Below, one piece after another: positions 1 through 8,768 of a DNA stretch of 54,738 nt (within the stretch, counting starts at the first letter, position 1; each line of letters opens with the position of its first letter). The notes below the pieces were generated by a model. The model was not told where the DNA came from. It did not search any database and was given only the letters and a program-made list of their open reading frames with translations. The stretch spans positions 1-54,738 of the forward strand of contig CAYYFK010000003.1 in the NCBI GenBank assembly GCA_964471565.1, given 5' to 3'. A program made the translations under genes and the position numbers. The stretch comes from Candidatus Woesearchaeota archaeon (lineage in GTDB: Archaea > Nanobdellota > Nanobdellia > SCGC-AAA011-G17 > PNOQ01).

Positions 1-2
1 TA

Positions 3-464
3 GATTTCTATGGTGTTGGAAATGATGAATGTGGTTTTGATAGCGATTGTTCTGCTGAGATTTATTGTGGTAATGATATTGTTAATGAAAATGAAGAATG
101 TGATGGTTTAAATCTAGGTGGCGAAAGTTGTTCTAGTTTAGGTTATGATTCAGGGGTATTGGCGTGTCTTGATAATTGTAGTTTTGATATTGATGGATGT
201 GTTAATGTTCCTTGCGGCGATGGAGTTGTTAATGAAAATGAAGAATGTGATGGTTTAAATCTGGGTGATGAAAGCTGTCTTAGTCTAGGTTATCAAAAAG
301 GTAATTTGAGTTGCTTTTCTGATTGTAAATTTAATATCTTAGAGTGTAAAAAAGATGTTCTTAATAAACCTAATTTTTATATTGTTGGAGGTATTCTAAT
401 TTTTATCCTTTTTGTGTTGATTATTTTTTCTCGCTTTTTTTATGATAAATTCAAAAAAACATAA
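3..464 (+). CDS. Cys-rich repeat membrane-anchored surface protein, 5'-truncated by the window edge
   Basis: The frame of ORF 159..464 is open back to nt 3 (DFYGVGNDECGF...). Two 49-aa repeats CGxxxVNENEECDGLNLGxESCxSLGY, then a C-terminal TM helix and basic tail. Confidence 0.75.
   Translation, partial: DFYGVGNDECGFDSDCSAEIYCGNDIVNENEECDGLNLGGESCSSLGYDSGVLACLDNCSFDIDGCVNVPCGDGVVNENEECDGLNLGDESCLSLGYQKGNLSCFSDCKFNILECKKDVLNKPNFYIVGGILIFILFVLIIFSRFFYDKFKKT
81..262 (+). repeat. 35-nt identical intragenic direct repeat (81-115 and 228-262), 147-nt period
   Basis: GTTAATGAAAATGAAGAATGTGATGGTTTAAATCT occurs twice in frame. Confidence 0.9.
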
Positions 465-502
465 ATCTTATAAATTACATATTTTCTCTTCTCCTCGTTA
501 TC

Positions 503-697
503 ATGGCAGAAATAATACCGATTAAATCAAGAGTAAGGGTTAATAAAGATAAGGGTACTTTAGAAGATTTAACAAGAATGCTTTCTAGTAATAAGCATTG
601 GTTAGCCCAATATGATCTCTCTTTAGAAGATGTTAACAATCCTTTTGTAAAGGAAAGAGTAAAGAGTATTATTTATTCCGAGTATATTCTTGTTTGA
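503..697 (+). CDS. Small hypothetical protein (64 aa)
   Basis: ATG start with TTATAAA upstream; no recognised motif. Confidence 0.6.
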   Translation: MAEIIPIKSRVRVNKDKGTLEDLTRMLSSNKHWLAQYDLSLEDVNNPFVKERVKSIIYSEYILV

Positions 698-710
698 TTG
701 CAAATTTTTC

Positions 711-748
711 CTTGTCACCTTGCCATGCACGGACAGATTGTTTATAAA
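711..748 (+). promoter_or_regulatory. 21-nt conserved element (711-731), 9-nt spacer and TATA box (741-748) upstream of LAGLIDADG gene 1
   Basis: CTTGTCACCTTGCCATGCACG-N9-TTTATAAA; same arrangement on the minus strand at 42829-42792. Confidence 0.8.
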
Positions 749-769
749 TCTTTTTTGCTTTTTTCTTAT

Positions 770-1687
770 ATGGAATTTAATCTCTATGATATGTGCTCTG
801 ATGATAATGTGGTGCGTATTGCTATGGGTGATGAATTGAGATCTAAATTTAATTATTCTGTAAGTAGATTGAGGTTAAAAAGAAAGTTTATTTCGGATAG
901 TTTTGGTTTTGATTATAGTTCTGTTTGTAGATGGTTGAAAAACCATAAGTTTGTCCCGTTGAAATTGTTCAAGCTGTTGAAAGAAGTATATTTTCTTGAT
1001 TTCTCTAATCATATGAAATATTTTGTTGGTTGCTCAAATTCTAGGAAAATAAAAATACCTAAAAAATTAAATGAAAATTTAGCAAAAGTTATTGGTGCAC
1101 ATGTTGCGGATGGTTGCCTTAAGAAGAGAGTTTCACAAAGTAAGAATGGGAGATATATGAGATATGAATTGGTTTTGAGAGAGCAGTATTATTCCCATGT
1201 TGATTCATTTTGTAGATGGTTTAATGATTGTTTTGATTATGGAATAAGACCGATTGATAGGGGGAATCATTTTGAAGTGTATATTGGTAGTAGAGTTATA
1301 TTTGAATATTTTAATAAAATTTTAAAGATTCCTTATGGCCCGAAATCTGCAACCATAAGAGTTCCAGATTACATTAAGAATTCTAATTATAATATTAAAG
1401 TTGCCTTTTTAATGGGAATTTTTATGTTTGATGGATCTGTTGAGAGAAAAACAGGTTATGTAAGTTTGGTTTCGAGAAGTGAAAAATTAGTAAAAGGATT
1501 GTACAAATTATTGGAAGATATTGGCATCGTCCCAGATTACATTAACAAAAAGCCAGACAAATATAAGAGACATAGGTTGATAATAAGAAAGCAAGCTAAA
1601 TTGAAAGAATGCTTAACTTTATTTGAAAAAGATACTGAGAAATGGGAGAGATTGTATAAATTTTTAAAATTAAAACACAAGCTTTAA
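770..1687 (+). CDS. Free-standing double-motif LAGLIDADG endonuclease-family protein with N-terminal HTH-like region (305 aa)
   Basis: Motifs LAKVIGAHVADG and FLMGIFMFDG with both acidic residues present; ATG 770 lies 21 nt after the TATA box and is preferred over TTG 698. No intein splicing motifs seen. Confidence 0.85.
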   Translation: MEFNLYDMCSDDNVVRIAMGDELRSKFNYSVSRLRLKRKFISDSFGFDYSSVCRWLKNHKFVPLKLFKLLKEVYFLDFSNHMKYFVGCSNSRKIKIPKKLNENLAKVIGAHVADGCLKKRVSQSKNGRYMRYELVLREQYYSHVDSFCRWFNDCFDYGIRPIDRGNHFEVYIGSRVIFEYFNKILKIPYGPKSATIRVPDYIKNSNYNIKVAFLMGIFMFDGSVERKTGYVSLVSRSEKLVKGLYKLLEDIGIVPDYINKKPDKYKRHRLIIRKQAKLKECLTLFEKDTEKWERLYKFLKLKHKL

Positions 1688-1736
1688 AAAGAAGTTCTAA
1701 ACCAAATTTGAGTATAGTAAATTAGAATTAAAGAAA

Positions 1737-3933
1737 ATGGCTGAAAAATCGACAGAAATTATAGGGAAAATTATGACGCAGCCTGAGAAGATCAGAAATA
1801 TTGCCATCGCCGCACATTACGATTTCAGTTAAGGCTGTTCGTGTGCAGATCGACCATGGTAAGACCACATTTTCTGATAATCTCTTAGCTGGTGCTGGAA
1901 TGCTTTCTGAAGAGCTTGCTGGTGAACAAAGAGCTTTAGACTTTCATGATGATGAATCTGAGAGAGGAATTACTATAGACTCTGCTTCCGTTTCTATGCT
2001 TCACACTGTTGATGATACTGATCACTTAATTAATTTAATTGACACTCCAGGACATGTTGATTTTGGAGGAGATGTTACAAGAGCTATGAGGGCGGTTGAT
2101 GGTGCAGTTGTTTTATGTTGTGCTGTCGAAGGCATTATGCCACAAACTGAGACTGTTTTAAAACAAGCTTTGAGAGAAAGAGTTAAGCCGGTTTTATTTA
2201 TTAATAAAGTTGATAGGTTAATCAAAGAAGTTAAGTTAACTCCTGAAGCTATGCAGCAAAAGTTTGTTGATATCATTACCCATATTAATAAATATATTGA
2301 GCAAATTGCTCCTGAAGAATTTAAGGAAAAATGGAAAGTTAATATTCAGGATGGATCTGTTGCTTTTGGTTCAGCGTTCCATAACTGGGGGATTTCTTTG
2401 CCTTATATGCAAAAGAAAAATATTTCTTTCAAAGATATAATTGATGCTTATGAAAATGAAACTTACAAAGAATTAGCTAAAAAAGCGCCAATTCATGAAG
2501 TTGTTCTAGATATGACTATCAAACATCATCCAAATCCTTTAATTGCACAAAAATATAGAATTCCTAAAATTTGGCATGGGGATATTGAAAGTGTAGAAGG
2601 TAAGGCACTATCTAATTGTGATCCTAAGGGTGGAGTTGGTTTGATTGTTACTAAAATTGTTGTAGATAAACACGCTGGAGAGGTTGCAACTGGTCGTTTG
2701 TTTTCTGGAACTGTTAGACAAGGCGATGAAGTTTATCTTAATATGGCTAAGAAAAAAGTTAGATTACAACAAGTTTCTGTTTACAAAGGTTCACAAAGAA
2801 CTATGATGGAAGAAATCCCGTGCGGAAATATTGTTGGTTTGGTTGGTTTGAGAGATACTTTTGCGGGAGAAACTGTTTCTACAGAGCCCATGACCCCTTT
2901 TGAAGAAATTAAACATATTTTTGAGCCTGTTATTACTAAATCTATTGAAGCTTTGAAGGCTGCTGACTTGTCCAGATTAATTGAAGTTTTAAGACAAGTT
3001 GGAAAAGAAGACCCAAGTATTAAGGTTGAAATTAATGAAGAAACTGGAGAGAATTTAATCTCTGGAATGGGCGAATTACATTTAGAAATTATTGAGAATA
3101 GAATTAAAAATGAAAAAGGTTTGGAAGTTAAGACTTCTCCACCGATTGTTGTTTATAGGGAAACAGTTACTAAACAAGGTACTGAAGAAGAGGGTAAAAG
3201 TCCTAACAAACACAATAAATTCTATATAGTTGTAGAACCTTTGGAAGATAATATTTACGAGGCAATAAAATCTGGAGAATTATCTGAAGGAAGAGTAAAG
3301 AAAAAAGATAGAGTTGTTATAGATAAGTTAGTTGAATTAGGTTTAAATTCAAAAGATTCTCAAAGATATAGGTATTTTTACAAAGGAAATGCTCTTGTTG
3401 ATGATACAAGGGGAATTGTTCATATAGGAGAAGTTATTGAAATGATTATGGATGGTTTTCAACAAGTTATCAATGCAGGTCCATTGGCTAGAGAGCCTTG
3501 TGCTAAGATGAGGGTAAGAATTATGGATATGAAGCTTCATGAAGATGCAATTCATAGAGGTCCTGCTCAAGTTTACCCGGCAATTAGAGAATCTATTAAA
3601 GGCAGTATGGCAACTGCAGGTTCAAGTATCCTGGAACCTATTCAAGTTATGCAATTTGATAGTCCTTCTGAGTTTTTGGGAAATTTAAGTGGTATGATTC
3701 AGAACAAAAGAGGACAATTAATTAATGTTGATCAACAAGGCGAACATATTTCTGTTAAAGCTAAATTGCCTGTGGCTGAAATGTTTGGAATTGCTTCTGA
3801 ATTGAGATCGGTTACTTCTGGTCGTGGTAGTCAGTATTTAGTTGACCAAATGTTTGAAACTTTACCTACTAATTTGAAGGATGATGTTATCAAGAAAATT
3901 AGAAGTCGTAAAGGTTTAGGCGAGAATGAGTGA
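1737..3933 (+). CDS. fusA: Archaeal elongation factor EF-2, join(1737..1817,1849..3933), 721 aa after splicing
   Basis: Exon 1 MAEKSTEIIGKIMTQPEKIRNIAIAAH joins exon 2 IDHGKTTFSDN to restore G1; DTPGHVDF, NKVD and the diphthamide loop DAIHRGPAQV are present. Confidence 0.95.
1818..1848 (+). other. 31-nt BHB-type intron in EF-2 mRNA
   Basis: Central helix GCAC(1812-15)/GTGC(1843-46), 3-nt bulges ATT(1816-18) and AGA(1847-49), inner helix ACGA/TCGT. Cutting after the 2nd nt of each bulge gives exactly the junction that restores AAH-IDHGKT. Confidence 0.9.
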
Positions 3934-3992
3934 TTGTTAAGTAGTAACAAATAGAAAGGTTTATAAGTGAAATATTTTTCTTTTTATAGAAA

Positions 3993-4502
3993 ATGACTAT
4001 AGAATTAAAGTTAGGTAAATTTTATACGTATAGTGAACTTGGAGATGGTAGTAGAGTTAGAGAGGGTGGTTCCGGAGGACATTCTTATAAAACTGTTGCA
4101 GATAGAACAAGCAATCCAGAGTTAGCTAAAAGAGTTATGGGTAGAATAAATGAAAGATTATCTGAATTTGGTCAAGGAGACTTTCAATCTTTTTCGGATG
4201 AAAAAAAAGATGAAATATTAGAAAGAGATCTTAGAATTATTGTTGATTCCCCTGCAAAAATTGAGTTAAAATTCAGAAGAAGAGTATCTTGTGAGGGTTA
4301 TGATTTTAATGAGATAATGGGGGAAGCATTATTTATGTTTTATTGGAGTAAAAATTACAATGAGAACCTTAGGCTTTCAATACAAGATCTAAGTAAAGAA
4401 GATTTACCATCATTTAGCTCAAAAAAGGAATCTGAATTTGGATGGATACCCGGTCCAAATATGTATGGATTGATTTTAAAATATAACTTTGATATTGAGT
4501 AG
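3993..4502 (+). CDS. Hypothetical protein
   Basis: 169-aa ORF with its own TTTATAA box, located between EF-2 and EF-1alpha. Confidence 0.7.
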   Translation: MTIELKLGKFYTYSELGDGSRVREGGSGGHSYKTVADRTSNPELAKRVMGRINERLSEFGQGDFQSFSDEKKDEILERDLRIIVDSPAKIELKFRRRVSCEGYDFNEIMGEALFMFYWSKNYNENLRLSIQDLSKEDLPSFSSKKESEFGWIPGPNMYGLILKYNFDIE

Positions 4503-4564
4503 AAACATTTATAAACAGGTAATTTTTCCATTTAATAATAATATTCATTCATGGAGGAATAAGA

Positions 4565-5848
4565 ATGGCTAAAGAAAAACCACACGTAAACATTGTATTT
4601 GTAGGTCATGTTGATCACGGTAAATCTACTGCTGTAGGTAGATTAATGTTTGATTCAGGAAACATTGATGAACAAGCAATGAGAAAATTAAAAGAAAAGG
4701 CTGAAGAGTTGGGAAAAGGTGGATTTGAATTCGCTTTTGTTATGGACAACTTAAAAGAAGAAAGAGAAAGAGGAGTTACAATCGATTTAAGTCATAAGAA
4801 ATTTAATACTGATAAATATGAATATACTGTTATTGATGCTCCTGGACACAGAGACTTTATTAAAAATATGATTACTGGAGCTAGTCAAGCAGATGTTGGT
4901 GTTTTGGTTGTTGCTGCAACAGATTCTGTAATGGCACAAACAAAAGAACACGTTTTCTTGTGTAAAACTCTTGGTGTTAATCAAATATCTGTTTTAGTTA
5001 ATAAAATGGATGCTGTTGATTATGCTGAAGACAAGTATAACAAAGTTAAAGAAGATGTTTCAAACTTGTTAAAAACTGTTGGATATAATCCGGATGAAGT
5101 TTCATTTATTGCAGGTAGTGCTTTAGAAGGAGATAATATTGCTAAGAAATCTGATAAGATGGCTTGGTACACAGGTCCAACTGTTTTGGAACAGTTAAAT
5201 TTATTTAAAGAACCTGAAAAACCAACTGGTTTGCCTTTGAGATTACCAATCCAAGATGTTTATAACATCGCAGGTATTGGTGTTGTTCCTGTTGGAAGAA
5301 TTGAAACTGGAACAATGAAAGTTGGGGACAAAGTTACTGTTGTTCCTGGTAGAGAAGGTAAAGGAGTTTCAGGTGAGTGTAAGACTATAGAGATGCACCA
5401 TGAACAGGTCCAAGAAGCAATTCCTGGAGATAATGTTGGTTTCTCAGTAAGAGGAATTGGTAAAAAGGATATTGCTAGAGGAGATGTTTTAGGTAGATCT
5501 GATAGTGTACCTACATTGGCTAAGGAATTTACAGCACAAATCGTTGTATTAAACCATCCTTCAGTATTAACTGTAGGATATACGCCTGTTTTCCACATAC
5601 ATACAGCACAAGTAGCATGCCAAATTACTGAATTGGTTAAGAAAATCAATGCTGCTACAGGTGAAGTTATTGAGGAAAATCCAGATATGCTAAAGAATGG
5701 AGATGCTGCAATTGTTAAGATTGTGCCAACTAAACCTTTAGTTATTGAAAAGCAAGGCGAAATACCACAAATGTCAAGATTTGCTATTAGAGATGCAGGT
5801 CAGACAGTTGCTGCAGGTATGTGTATCGACTTAGTTAAGAAGGAGTAA
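4565..5848 (+). CDS. tuf: Elongation factor EF-1alpha
   Basis: [44 protein letters not shown]. Confidence 0.98.
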   Translation: MAKEKPHVNIVFVGHVDHGKSTAVGRLMFDSGNIDEQAMRKLKEKAEELGKGGFEFAFVMDNLKEERERGVTIDLSHKKFNTDKYEYTVIDAPGHRDFIKNMITGASQADVGVLVVAATDSVMAQTKEHVFLCKTLGVNQISVLVNKMDAVDYAEDKYNKVKEDVSNLLKTVGYNPDEVSFIAGSALEGDNIAKKSDKMAWYTGPTVLEQLNLFKEPEKPTGLPLRLPIQDVYNIAGIGVVPVGRIETGTMKVGDKVTVVPGREGKGVSGECKTIEMHHEQVQEAIPGDNVGFSVRGIGKKDIARGDVLGRSDSVPTLAKEFTAQIVVLNHPSVLTVGYTPVFHIHTAQVACQITELVKKINAATGEVIEENPDMLKNGDAAIVKIVPTKPLVIEKQGEIPQMSRFAIRDAGQTVAAGMCIDLVKKE

Positions 5849-5911
5849 TCCTTTCTTTTTTTTCTTTTTTTTTAAAATACATTTATAAACCACACTTATT
5901 TCTATTTTCTA

Positions 5912-7084
5912 ATGGGATTCAAAGATTTTTTTAAAAAAAAGAAGAAAGTAGTAGAAGAGGTAGAAGAAATTAAAAAAATTCCCTTTAGTGAACTTGAAAA
6001 CTCTCTAAACAAGAAAAAAAGCGAAATTAATGAAAAAGAAAAAGAAATTTTTAGTTTAATTGAAAATAAAACTCCAGAATTTATTGAAGAACTAAACAAA
6101 AAAATAACAATCCTAGAAAACAAAGGAAATGAATTAAAAAATACAGAAGATAAGATGTATTTAATTGTAAAAGAAAATCTTAATTATTATATTCTTAGAT
6201 TAAATAGACTTTTAGAAGATATAAATAACAAAAGTGAAGATAACTTTGATGAGTTTGTTAAAAAAACAAATAAAATATTTTTAGATTTTAATGATAAAAC
6301 TCATGTTATATATCAAAAGGTAACTCTTTTGATTGGAGATGAGATTGCAGACATAAAGTCCTATGTAAATAACTTTTCTAAGTATCAAACTGACTTATTT
6401 GATGAAAATGAAGATATTATAAAATCCTCAAAAGCAATTTCTAGTATTGAATTAGACTTAGCTAAATATAAAGAAACTAAAGATACTCTTTCTAATGTTA
6501 ATGAAAGGATTGAATCTTTAAATGAAGAAATAAAAAAAGTTAAAGATAGTGATAAAAGTGTTTTAAATGAAATTGAAGAAATTAAAAAAAGTGAAGATTA
6601 TATTGAAAATTTAAAGAAACAAGAGGAAATTAAATTAGTTGAAAAAGGAGTAGAAAATGAATTTTTCAAACTTAAAGAAATGATTGATTTCAAATCCCTA
6701 GGCAATACTTTCCATACTAATGAAGAAAAAATGAATGTAGTTAAGTCCCATAAGGAAGATTTTAAAACAAACTTTCAAAAAAGTAACGGAGAGGATATTC
6801 TAAGGTTACTTAATGAAGCTAAATTGGATAGTGCGGCTATAACTGTTAAAATGAAACAAATTGTTGATGAGAAAGAAAAAATTGATAAAAATAAAGAAAC
6901 TATTAAAGAGAATGAAACGGAGGTTCTTTTTTCTAAATTAGATAATACAAAATTACAAATTAATAACTTAAATGATGAAAAAGTTAAAGAGCAAAAAAAA
7001 TACGAAAGGTTTGAAGTAAATAAGGATGATATAATGAAGTCAATAAAGAATGAAGCAATTAAATTAAATCTAGTTATAGGATAA
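5912..7084 (+). CDS. Coiled-coil-rich hypothetical protein
   Basis: 390 aa, K/E-rich with a helical heptad pattern. Confidence 0.75.
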   Translation: MGFKDFFKKKKKVVEEVEEIKKIPFSELENSLNKKKSEINEKEKEIFSLIENKTPEFIEELNKKITILENKGNELKNTEDKMYLIVKENLNYYILRLNRLLEDINNKSEDNFDEFVKKTNKIFLDFNDKTHVIYQKVTLLIGDEIADIKSYVNNFSKYQTDLFDENEDIIKSSKAISSIELDLAKYKETKDTLSNVNERIESLNEEIKKVKDSDKSVLNEIEEIKKSEDYIENLKKQEEIKLVEKGVENEFFKLKEMIDFKSLGNTFHTNEEKMNVVKSHKEDFKTNFQKSNGEDILRLLNEAKLDSAAITVKMKQIVDEKEKIDKNKETIKENETEVLFSKLDNTKLQINNLNDEKVKEQKKYERFEVNKDDIMKSIKNEAIKLNLVIG

Positions 7085-7116
7085 TATTTTATAAAGTCTA
7101 AGATTTCTATTATTTT

Positions 7117-7542
7117 ATGAAGAAATTTGTACCTTATGTTGTTCCGGCTATTAGTGTTTTGCTAATATTTTCTATTTTGCTTATAGATCCTGAACTTACA
7201 GGCTTTGCTGTCTTTGAAAATAAGGAAGTAATGATAGAATTAAACACGTTTAAAGATCTTGTTTTACCTGAAAATGCTGAATTGGAAGTTGTTATAGCGG
7301 AGGAATCTTCTAGGCTTACAATCAAAGAGTTTATTGAAAAAACCGGTGAAGAATATGAATTGGTTGAAGGAAGCATAGATAGTTTGAATTTCGAAGGTAT
7401 GGGATATACTGGAAACAAAACTTATTATCTCCCTATAAGTGAATTTGGATTTGAGGAAGGGCATAATAAGGAAATTGTGATTAATGTTTACTATGAAGAG
7501 CTTTTAATTTCTAGCCAAAATATAAAAATTACTAAGAGATAG
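7117..7542 (+). CDS. Membrane-anchored/secreted hypothetical protein
   Basis: N-terminal hydrophobic helix followed by LTGFAV. Confidence 0.7.
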   Translation: MKKFVPYVVPAISVLLIFSILLIDPELTGFAVFENKEVMIELNTFKDLVLPENAELEVVIAEESSRLTIKEFIEKTGEEYELVEGSIDSLNFEGMGYTGNKTYYLPISEFGFEEGHNKEIVINVYYEELLISSQNIKITKR

Positions 7543-7572
7543 TTTTATAATTCTTATTAGATTCCCCTTTTT

Positions 7573-7950
7573 ATGACTAATTATTTAAAATTTAGTTTAG
7601 CTGGTCTTTTGATACTTAGTGCTGGTATTGGTATTGGGAGAAAAACAGTGCCAGTTGATACCCCTGATTTTCGTATAGAGGAAAAAGGGTTTGTTGCTAC
7701 ATTAGATATAAAAGATGATAGCCTTATAACTAAGTTTGGGTATGAGGATGCAAGGAGTTTGTTTGTTGGGGAATTGCATGAGATTTATGGTGACTTGAAA
7801 AGACCCGAACTGAAAACCATTGGCGATATTTTACGTCTTAGGGCTATTGAGCAGAAAATTGAATTATATGGCTCTTTACACAAAAAACCTAAGAAAGATC
7901 CGGTTCCTAAAGAAAGTAAACCTAAACCTGATTTATCTGATATGATGTGA
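7573..7950 (+). CDS. Hypothetical protein with N-terminal signal/TM segment
   Basis: 125-aa ORF, hydrophobic N-terminus, own TATA box. Confidence 0.65.
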   Translation: MTNYLKFSLAGLLILSAGIGIGRKTVPVDTPDFRIEEKGFVATLDIKDDSLITKFGYEDARSLFVGELHEIYGDLKRPELKTIGDILRLRAIEQKIELYGSLHKKPKKDPVPKESKPKPDLSDMM

Positions 7951-7998
7951 GTTTCTAAATAAAAAGTTTTATAAATAGCTAATTTTGCCTAATATAAA

Positions 7999-8307
7999 AT
8001 GCAGAAAGCAAAGATAAACTTGGCATGTCCAGATATTGATAAGATGAATACTATTTGTGATAGTATAGTCGATATTGCTAAAAAAACCAAAACAAAAGTG
8101 TCTGGTCCGATTCCATTGCCTACTAAAAAGATGAAGCTAACTACTAGAAAAAGCCCTGATGGCGAAGGTAAGGCTTCCTGGGAAAAGTATGAGATGAGAA
8201 TCCATAAAAGACTTATTGAGCTAGGTTTAGATGAGCGAGCATTGAGATTGATTATGAGAGTGCCAATTCCTGAGGGAGTTAATATAGAGATTGAGATTCA
8301 AGAGTAA
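7999..8307 (+). CDS. rpsJ: 30S ribosomal protein uS10
   Basis: GPIPLPTKK, RKSPDGEG, WEKYEMRIHKRLI. Confidence 0.97.
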   Translation: MQKAKINLACPDIDKMNTICDSIVDIAKKTKTKVSGPIPLPTKKMKLTTRKSPDGEGKASWEKYEMRIHKRLIELGLDERALRLIMRVPIPEGVNIEIEIQE

Positions 8308-8341
8308 GATTTATAAGTTAAACTAATTCTTTTCTTTTAGT

Positions 8342-8481
8342 GCCGGGATCGCATAATCTGGTATTGCACAGAACCTTAAAATGTAATAAATTTAAGGTGT
8401 GTAAGCCTGGAATTTAATTTCAGAAACATGCCAGTTAGCCTGACCCTTCGGGGTGTCTGGGTTCAAATCCCAGTCCCGGCG
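8342..8481 (+). tRNA. tRNA-Ser(GGA) with two introns: 8372-8404 (position 29/30, 33 nt) and 8413-8436 (37/38, 24 nt)
   Basis: Acceptor GCCGGGA/TCCCGGC, G73, long variable arm, TTCAAAT T-loop. Removing both BHB introns gives anticodon arm CAGGC-CTGGAAA-GCCTG; the body is near-identical to tRNA-Ser(GCT) at 34884. Confidence 0.9.
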
Positions 8482-8486
8482 TTTTC

Positions 8487-8768
8487 TTATAACATATTAT
8501 TCTCTACCAGAGATTTAGTGAATTTGAACTCCTGTGTACTATAACTTTCTACTAACATTAGAAGTAGTGCAGATTTCGCAATTTCTCTTGGATTTAAAGG
8601 AGTCATTACCTCTAAAGATTCAAATTTTTTTGTTAAATTTTCATATCTTTCTTTAATTTCTGAAACTGGATAATTGGCCAAAGCATTTCCAATTTCAAAT
8701 ATTTGTTCTGGAGTATTCGCTTCTGCTAGTCTTGTGTATAACTCATTTGTGTACATATTTTCTTTCAT
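8487..8768 (-). CDS. Hypothetical protein
   Basis: Likely start MKENM at 8768, overlapping the upstream stop (ATGA). Confidence 0.6.
   Translation of the reverse strand: MKENMYTNELYTRLAEANTPEQIFEIGNALANYPVSEIKERYENLTKKFESLEVMTPLNPREIAKSALLLMLVESYSTQEFKFTKSLVENNML

Noticed and set aside
698-1687. LAGLIDADG genes as inteins or intron-encoded ORFs
   Set aside because: No Hint-domain motifs, each has its own promoter and stop, and I found no enclosing BHB or group I structure.
1801-1848. ORF-track EF-2 N-terminus MPSPHITISVKAVRVQ
   Set aside because: Reads through the intron in the exon-2 frame and lacks the RNIAIAAH half of G1, which is encoded from ATG 1737.
1818-1848. Simple frameshift or assembly error in EF-2
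   Set aside because: It is a discrete 31-nt insert whose ends match BHB cleavage geometry to the nucleotide; an error is unlikely to produce this, though reads were not available.
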